A stretch of DNA of 64,000 bases. Source: Octopus vulgaris. Taxonomy: Eukaryota. How positions within the stretch are numbered: position 1 is the first letter of the stretch; each line of letters begins with the position of its first letter. The translations under genes were made by a program, and so were the position numbers. The stretch is taken from positions 9,362,001 to 9,426,000 of the forward strand of contig OX597837.1 of assembly GCA_951406725.2 (NCBI GenBank), read 5' to 3'. Under the pieces are notes generated by a model, which did not search any database, had not been told where the DNA came from, and saw nothing but the letters and a program-made list of their open reading frames with translations. This document shows positions 55,196-64,000 of this stretch, piece after piece.

Positions 55196-55539
55196 TAGAT
55201 ATTATGATATATTAAGATATATAGTTACATATATTTTTATATACGTTTCTCGGATTCGGTTTACCGTATCCACTCATAATGCTTTGGTGGGCCCCAGGCT
55301 ATACTAGTAGATACCTGCCAAAGGTTTCATGCAGTGGAACTGAAATCGGAACCATGTGGTTGAGAAGCAAGATACATAACGACACCTATGGGATATATAT
55401 ACGAATACATGTAAGTATGTACGTATACGTATGTATATATGCATATATATATATATATGCGCACACATATTTATAAGCATATATATTTATATGCATATAT
55501 ATATAGATATATTTAGATGTATATATATATATATTTATA

Positions 55540-55579
<40 letters not shown>

Positions 55580-56180
55580 TAAATATATATATATATATGC
55601 ATATAAATATATGTAAAAAAAAAAATATATATATATATACATCTAAATATATATATATATATGCATATAAATATATATGCTTATAAATATGTGTGTGCGC
55701 ATATATATATATATATATATGCACATGAATTGATAACCATATATAAATATACGAATATAAAACTACATATACGCATGTACGTGTGTTTGTCTGCGCATGT
55801 GCTGCTTTGCGTGTGTTTGACAATGCACATATGTGTATGTCTTCCATTTTGTTTCGAAATGTTATTATCAGAAGCCAAAGAAAAAACCCAATTTTTTTTT
55901 TTTATCTTGTTAAAGGGCAAATAACAACAGCAACAATAGCAAGAACAAGAAAAAGATAAGAACAATGATGCCAGATTCTACAGAAAGAACTTTCGTTCAT
56001 GTAGCAGTATTCTACAGCCAGATAGAGCAGCAGCGGCAGCAGCAGCAGCGGCAGCAGCGGCAGCAGCAGCAGTAGCAGCAGCAGCAGTAGTAATACCAGT
56101 TACTGTTTCAGCGTGTTATTTCCTTGTGTGTATGTCTATATATGAATAGAATTGTGCATATATATATATATATATACATG

Positions 56181-56350
56181 TAGTGGCTGTGTAATAAGTA
56201 GCTTGCTTACCAATCACGTGGTTCCGGGTTCAGTCCCACTGCGTGGCACCTTGGGCAAGTGTCTTCTACTATAGCCTCTGGCCGACCAAAGCCTTGTGAG
56301 TGGATTTGATAGACGGAAACTGAAAGAAGCCCGTCGTATATATCTCTCTC

Positions 56351-56381
<31 letters not shown>

Positions 56382-56645
56382 ATGTGTATGTATGTGTGCG
56401 TGTGTGTGTGTGTCTGTGTGTGTGTGTACGTGTGTGTGTGTGTGTGTGTGTGTCTGTGTTCGTCCCTCCAACATCTCTTGACAACCGATGCTGGGGTGTT
56501 TTCATCCCGTAACTTAGCGCTTCGGCAAAAGAGACCGACAGAATAAGTACTAGGCCTACAAAGAATAAGTCCTGGGGTCGATTTGCTCGACTAAAGGTGA
56601 TGGTCTAGCATGGCCGCAGTCAAATGATTGAAACATGTAAAAGAG
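56181..56645 (+). mobile_element. SINE family A, near-consensus full copy
   Basis: Head, core, internal microsatellite, tail. Confidence 0.9.
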
Positions 56646-56657
56646 GAAAAAAAGGAG

Positions 56658-56713
<56 letters not shown>

Positions 56714-57460
56714 ATATAAATTGCTATTGATTCTACAGAAGCGATATGTCATGGGACTCAATATAAATAGAGGGTACTCTTTACTGCTTTGTAAATGAAA
56801 GGTTCCGATTATGAGTTATGAAAATGGCGGATAACAAAAGAAATGTCACATCTTAAACTTCATAGAAGTGTCGCATATTTTTACCGTTCCACTCACACAG
56901 ATTGTATTTGTAATATATGTATGAACGCATGTGTGTGTGTTATACGCCATAGTTGTACCTAGTGAGCTCTGTATTTTTTCATAGATACGAAGATTTTTAA
57001 GGAAAACGTCATAAGCAATATGACATTACGGAAATGTGATCTTCCGAGATCCAACATAAAGTGAAAGAAAGAAATATAATAAGAAAATAGATACGCCCAT
57101 GCACTGAAATAGAATATTAGAGAACAGTACCGACTTGAGAAGTAATTTTCTTAGAGAAATAATTAAGTAAATTAGCGAAGCGTTTTGATCAAAAGCATGT
57201 TTCCTCAGAAAATTAAAAATATGTAGAAGACTTCGTTTTTCATTTTTGCTAATATTTTTCCTAGAATAATTTGATTCATATTTTTGAATGCCAGTTTTTT
57301 TAAAACCAAATTCTCATTTTCTTCGATGTGATATTTCTGAACGAATCAAATTGGCGTAGTTTCTTAGAATCTCGAAATTTATCGGAAATGAGCATATGTG
57401 AATGTTTATTTCAGCTATTTCGGTTACCACTGGTATATCGACAACGTAGTTCAACAAGTG

Positions 57461-57912
<452 letters not shown>

Positions 57913-57936
57913 GCATAGTAACACAGGCACGCATAC

Positions 57937-57984
<48 letters not shown>

Positions 57985-58371
57985 ATATGTGTATATGTAT
58001 CTGTGTGTGTGTGTATATGAATGTGTGTATTTTTGTGAATGTGTGTGTATCGCAAAACTTGTTCAATTTCTATACGTGTGCGTCTACAGTTAACATACCA
58101 GATGTTCGTGTCACGCAATTTATGAAAATATTTGTTATATAACGTAATTTTCTCATATAATTAATAATGGTCAGATGTAATGATATCACTTGAAGATTGC
58201 AGACAGAATACTTGCTACTTTTAGTTGCTCTCGTTATTTTATAATTATTATTGTCGCTGTTGGCTATAATCGTGGCGACATTGATGCTGTTGTAGTCTTA
58301 TACTTACATTAGACTTCATCCTTAACTAACGATGTTTTTATGATTATATTTACATCCACACATATAAATAT

Positions 58372-58424
<53 letters not shown>

Positions 58425-58626
58425 CCTATTGCCTGTAAATGTCCTTACATTATGCACGTGTATATATACATGTATATATATATATATATATATAGATATG
58501 CATATATGCGTTTGTATGTGTTTGTGATGTATGTGTTTGTGATGTATGTGTGAGTAATGTGAATGATGCGCGTCTGTGTGAATGTGTTTGAGTGTGTTTG
58601 TATATATGCAAATAAAATCCGTATGC

Positions 58627-58688
<62 letters not shown>

Positions 58689-58721
58689 GTATGTATATAT
58701 ATATATATATATATGTATGTT

Positions 58722-58787
<66 letters not shown>

Positions 58788-59237
58788 AATGTTATGCACA
58801 CACACACTCATACACACAAAATTTTGTATCCGCCATATTCGTCATATAATTTTTTCGTATGATTTTGTTTTCTAACGGTTGCTTCTCTTCGTCCTTTTAT
58901 TTTCTTTTAGATATTTTCTGAAATAAAAACCCAAGTGTAATAGAACCACGGTTAAATTTGTTTGAGTTTTAAATTAATCTTTATATTTACAGAAGTGGAA
59001 ATTGATAGAGTTTACGTTGCGTGAACACGGGAGCTTCACTATAATTAATTGTTATAGCAAATATACTTTCAACTCTATTCTCGGATGTATTAGAGATACG
59101 CCATTTTCATTGGGCGATCTATGGTCATTAAAGAATGTCCTTGTCTCGAAAAAGAATGAAAGAATGGAAATTACTAGTCTGCTCGGTCGACTCGAACATG
59201 TGAGGTTGTGTGGACATATATATATATATATACACAC

Positions 59238-59378
<141 letters not shown>

Positions 59379-59527
59379 ATGTATGTATTACATGTATATA
59401 TATATTTATTGTAACAAAAATATATATCTAGCTAGCTGAAAAAGATGTTTTCCTGGGATTAAAACCTATTAACACCGTCCTATGCAGGACTGACACACAT
59501 ACACACACAGACACACCTATATACATA

Positions 59528-59930
59528 TAGGCGCAGGAGTGGCTGTGTGGTAAAAATTTTACTTCTCAACCAAATGGTTCCAGGATTAGTCCTACTGCCT
59601 GGCAACTTGGGTAGTTGTTCTCTACTGTAGCCTCGGGCCTACGAAAGCCCTCTAGGTGGATTTGGAAGCCGGAGACTGTAAGAAACCCGTTGTATATATG
59701 TGCATGTATGTATATATTTGTGTATCAGTATTGTCCAGCCACCATTGCTTGACAACCGATGCTGGTGTGCTTACCTCTCCGTAACTAGCGGTTCAGCTAG
59801 ACACCAATAGGATGAGAAGTATCATTGGGAGATCTCTGGTCATTAAAGAATACATCTTGGGGTCGATTTCTTCCACGAAAAACAGTCCAGGAGCATGGCG
59901 GCAGTCAAATTGCTAAAACAAGTAAAGAAA
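59528..59930 (+). mobile_element. SINE family A, diverged
   Basis: aggcgcaggagtggctgtgtggtaa head through tail. Confidence 0.8.
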
Positions 59931-59941
59931 TGTATATATAA

Positions 59942-60185
<244 letters not shown>

Positions 60186-60240
60186 TTCACACTACTTATA
60201 GGTAGATAGAATAGATTAGAGAGAACAGACAGATATTTAA

Positions 60241-60319
<79 letters not shown>

Positions 60320-60861
60320 TTACTCTCCTAATACATACAGATAATTACATACAAACACACTTACATTCATAAATACATACATACATGCATGCAAGCATGT
60401 AAGCAAGACTGTATGTATATGTAAGCGCATAAGTACAAGAAATAGTACACGTACACGAACGCCCATGCATATATATGTATATATATATATAGACACACAC
60501 AATTATATATAATCAAACACGCAGCTATTTTTATATATCCAATGCAGAGTTTAATGGCAACAAAAACCGGAGACAACGATATAAACTACATTAAAGTGAA
60601 AATTATTTTCATTTCATGAAGTCATTTACCTAAAATCGGTAAATGGTTTATGAAGAGCTTCTAATAAATACATTTGTCTATCTACTTGTCGTATAGCGGC
60701 ATCGCATTCATTTCGGTATCGATTTAAATGGCTGCCTGTGTACGAACACGCACCAGGCACACAAATACACATACATATATGTGTGCATGTATCTATGTCT
60801 GTATGTTTGTGTGTATGTATTTATATATATAAATATATGTAAACATATATATACATATATA

Positions 60862-60895
<34 letters not shown>

Positions 60896-60962
60896 TGTAT
60901 ATATATATACATATATATATATGAATGTATATATGTATATATATATATTGATATATATATAT

Positions 60963-61145
60963 AGGGAGAGTTACGAAAAAACACAAAAGCCGAAGACAGG
61001 TGGTGTACAAAACAAACAGATGTATTAATATAACGCTCAGGAATAGAAAAAGCCTTTTACGTTTCGACCCTACGCTCTTCTACAGAAAGGGACACAGAAA
61101 AAACAAGGAGTGAAAAAAAAGGAAAGAAAAAAACAAGGAGAGAAA
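60963..61145 (-). mobile_element. Family D element
   Basis: Minus strand 61090-61053: ccttt-CUGUAGA-a-gagc(gtag)ggtc-GAAA-cg-UA-aaagg. Confidence 0.78.
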
Positions 61146-61559
61146 TATATATATTTATATATCAAACTGGTAAGCGAATAAGGAGAGAAAAAAACACCAT
61201 AATTGCAACGATCGTTGGTAGTCTTCGTAATTTGAATACGAGAGAGTAAAAGTTATTACGTTTCGGGCATTGTTCTACTTCAGATACTAGGGAATTACCC
61301 CGGAGAATTTCGCAAGAGAAAGAATAGAAATGAATTAAAGTAATGGAGGACCCCGAAACAAATTATGGACGGATGTCTATATATGTATTTATATGTATGT
61401 ATGTATGTGTGCATATATGTATGTATATGTAGGTATGTATGTATGTGACACACCATGTCTTTCTTTTACTGGGCTTATATGTCATTTGCGAACCCATGGT
61501 AAGCGATCCTCCATAAATTATTCTGCCTATGTGTATGTGCACACCTTTGAATGTAATTT

Positions 61560-61730
61560 ATGCTAGAAAGCTTGCAAATTTAACGGAGTCCTCAAAATAC
61601 ATTTCAAGATCCACAAAGAACAGAAATTATCTGCAGATCTTGGTGGTCCAAATCGGATATGCAAACTATACGGGTGTCTTTTCAAAACGTTGCCTGGTTT
61701 AAAAAGCTACATCAGATGCCACGATGGTTC
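61560..61730 (+). pseudogene. Possible RTE-like LINE C-terminal zinc-finger remnant
   Basis: ICKLYGCLFKTLPGLKSYIRCH resembles CxxC...GLxSHxRxH. Confidence 0.35.
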
Positions 61731-61740
61731 TAATATATAC

Positions 61741-61816
<76 letters not shown>

Positions 61817-62181
61817 CTATGTATGCATATATAAACAAATATAATGTATATGTATAAAATATAGTGAGATACTATAATATATTAATATATTTAGATATAT
61901 TAAATGCATTATAATATAAGTGGCCGTAGCAATTAAAACGAAAAATGTAAAATTAATAACTGAAAGTGCAAAAATAGCACCTGCAGTTGCTAGAAATGAG
62001 AATGAAAGTTTAACTCGAACAGCAACACAAAAGCACTAACCGAAGTATTATATATATGTGTGTATATTTATATGTATATATATATACATACACATACATA
62101 TCTATATCTGGGTAGATATATATATATATATGTATCTATACATATGTAGATACATAAATAAATAGGTGGGTAGATAGGTTG

Positions 62182-62207
<26 letters not shown>

Positions 62208-62213
<6 letters not shown>

Positions 62214-62605
62214 TTATTTATTTATTATTTGAGGGAATAAAATGCAAACTTACAAGGAAAAAGAATTCAATTTAGAAATACTAAATCAAATTCCACACAA
62301 TATAATATATATAAAATATTAGAAAAAAACCCCACCTTTTATCAATTCAAAATGAATAATTAAATTACACCATCTAGAAAATTACATATAATAGAAAAGT
62401 TAAAATGAAATTAACAATTAAAAAGTAAAGATTAAGTCAATTACAAAAATTATATAATGTATATAATAGGTATTTTTTTGTAATTTATTTAATCTTTACT
62501 TTTTAATTGTTATTTTAATTTTAACTTTTCTATTATATGTAATTTTCTAGATGGTGTAATTTAATTATTCATTTTGAATTGATAAAAGGTGTTTTTTCTC
62601 AATAT

Positions 62606-62612
<7 letters not shown>
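62208..62612. mobile_element. Family E element in two inverted arms (62311-62449 / 62475-62610) within (TA)n
   Basis: atcaattcaaaatgaataattaaattacaccatctagaaaattacatataatagaaaagttaaaat and its exact reverse complement. Confidence 0.85.
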
Positions 62613-62663
<51 letters not shown>

Positions 62664-63349
62664 CATATATACACACATACACACACATATATGCACATAT
62701 ATATATGTATGGGGGCAGGGTCCCTTTCAGTTTCAGTGAACCGAATCCATTCATAAGGGTTTGGTCAGGTTGAGGCTACAAAAGAACAGATGTGACATCG
62801 AAATTGCCTTTCAGCAGAACGGAACGTGAAATCAAAATCTTGAGAAGCAAACTAATTATGACATAGCTATAGCAGCGCCTTTCACTTCATTTTTCGGTGG
62901 GGCGGGGAAACATCTTTACAAAAAAAAAAAGAAAATGAAAATGCATAAATTTAATTCTCAAAATATATTAATATTTTTTTTCAATATTTTCTTCAATTCT
63001 TTAAGCAACAAATTCAGTAACAATCTTTAGTCAGATGACATGATGTCAGAATGACATGATTCCTGCAAATACGGAAGATTACATTGCATTTGGGGCTGGG
63101 TAATATGCGCTCATATTTCCATGTGATTCTAGCTTATAATTACAGGAACCTTCTTATTATTTTCACAAGGAAATCTGGCTTGTTTCTTCTAACCAATGCT
63201 ATGTTTGCAGCATAAACATTAGATATTTTGAGGGGCTTCTAAATACCTTCTGATAACATTAATCATTTCCCTCTCTTTTATGCATTGCTCTAACGGAATT
63301 GTACCGTTTCTTTCGCTGTCATAATCCAGCATTTTATTAACGCTTTGCC

Positions 63350-63449
<100 letters not shown>

Positions 63450-63466
63450 ATACATACATGCATGTA

Positions 63467-63499
<33 letters not shown>

Positions 63500-64000
63500 G
63501 TATATATATGTATATATATATACATGTCTGTATGTATGCATATTTATATGTATATATATATATACATGCGTGTCTATGTGCGTGTGTGTATGTATTTGTA
63601 TAACACACACAGATATCTATATGTACATACATACTCGCACATATACATATGAATATAGATATTGTAATGTGTGTGTCCGCGTGTTTGTGTATGTGCGTGT
63701 GTATAACGTGTATATATATAAAATAGACAAATCTAGCTATAAATATGTATATGTAAATGTGTATGTAAACATATATATTTGAAAGGCATATGCATATTAT
63801 ACATACAATGTACATATGTTTATTTATATATATATATATATAATAGATAAATGTAAAATACTATATATATGTATATATATGTATATATATGTATATATAT
63901 GTATATATATATGAATATATATATGTGTATATATATACCTATATATATATATGTGTGTGTATATATATATATAAATGTATAGGTACACACACCCATATAT

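Overview
AT-rich, microsatellite-saturated eukaryotic DNA, intronic or intergenic. Its tRNA-headed SINE families and simple-repeat content look like an octopus (coleoid cephalopod) genome; this is inference. I found no convincing host protein-coding gene: almost every ORF in the track is a translated microsatellite or repeat. The window holds three SINE families, two Helitron-type elements, MITEs, mariner debris, decayed non-LTR reverse-transcriptase (RT) fragments and a Penelope-like RT fragment. The main signal is at least four unrelated small non-coding element families carrying type I hammerhead-ribozyme motifs with palindromic or near-palindromic stem III, all inserted in (TA)n tracts. 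The best case is a young 355-bp retrozyme-like array at 32278-33685: exactly one inverted monomer plus about 3 tandem monomers, with a U3-A8 variant hammerhead core. Several of these insertions share a divergent two-armed architecture in which both 3' ends run into (TA)n. All structures were paired by eye; repeat boundaries are approximate unless junction sequence is quoted.
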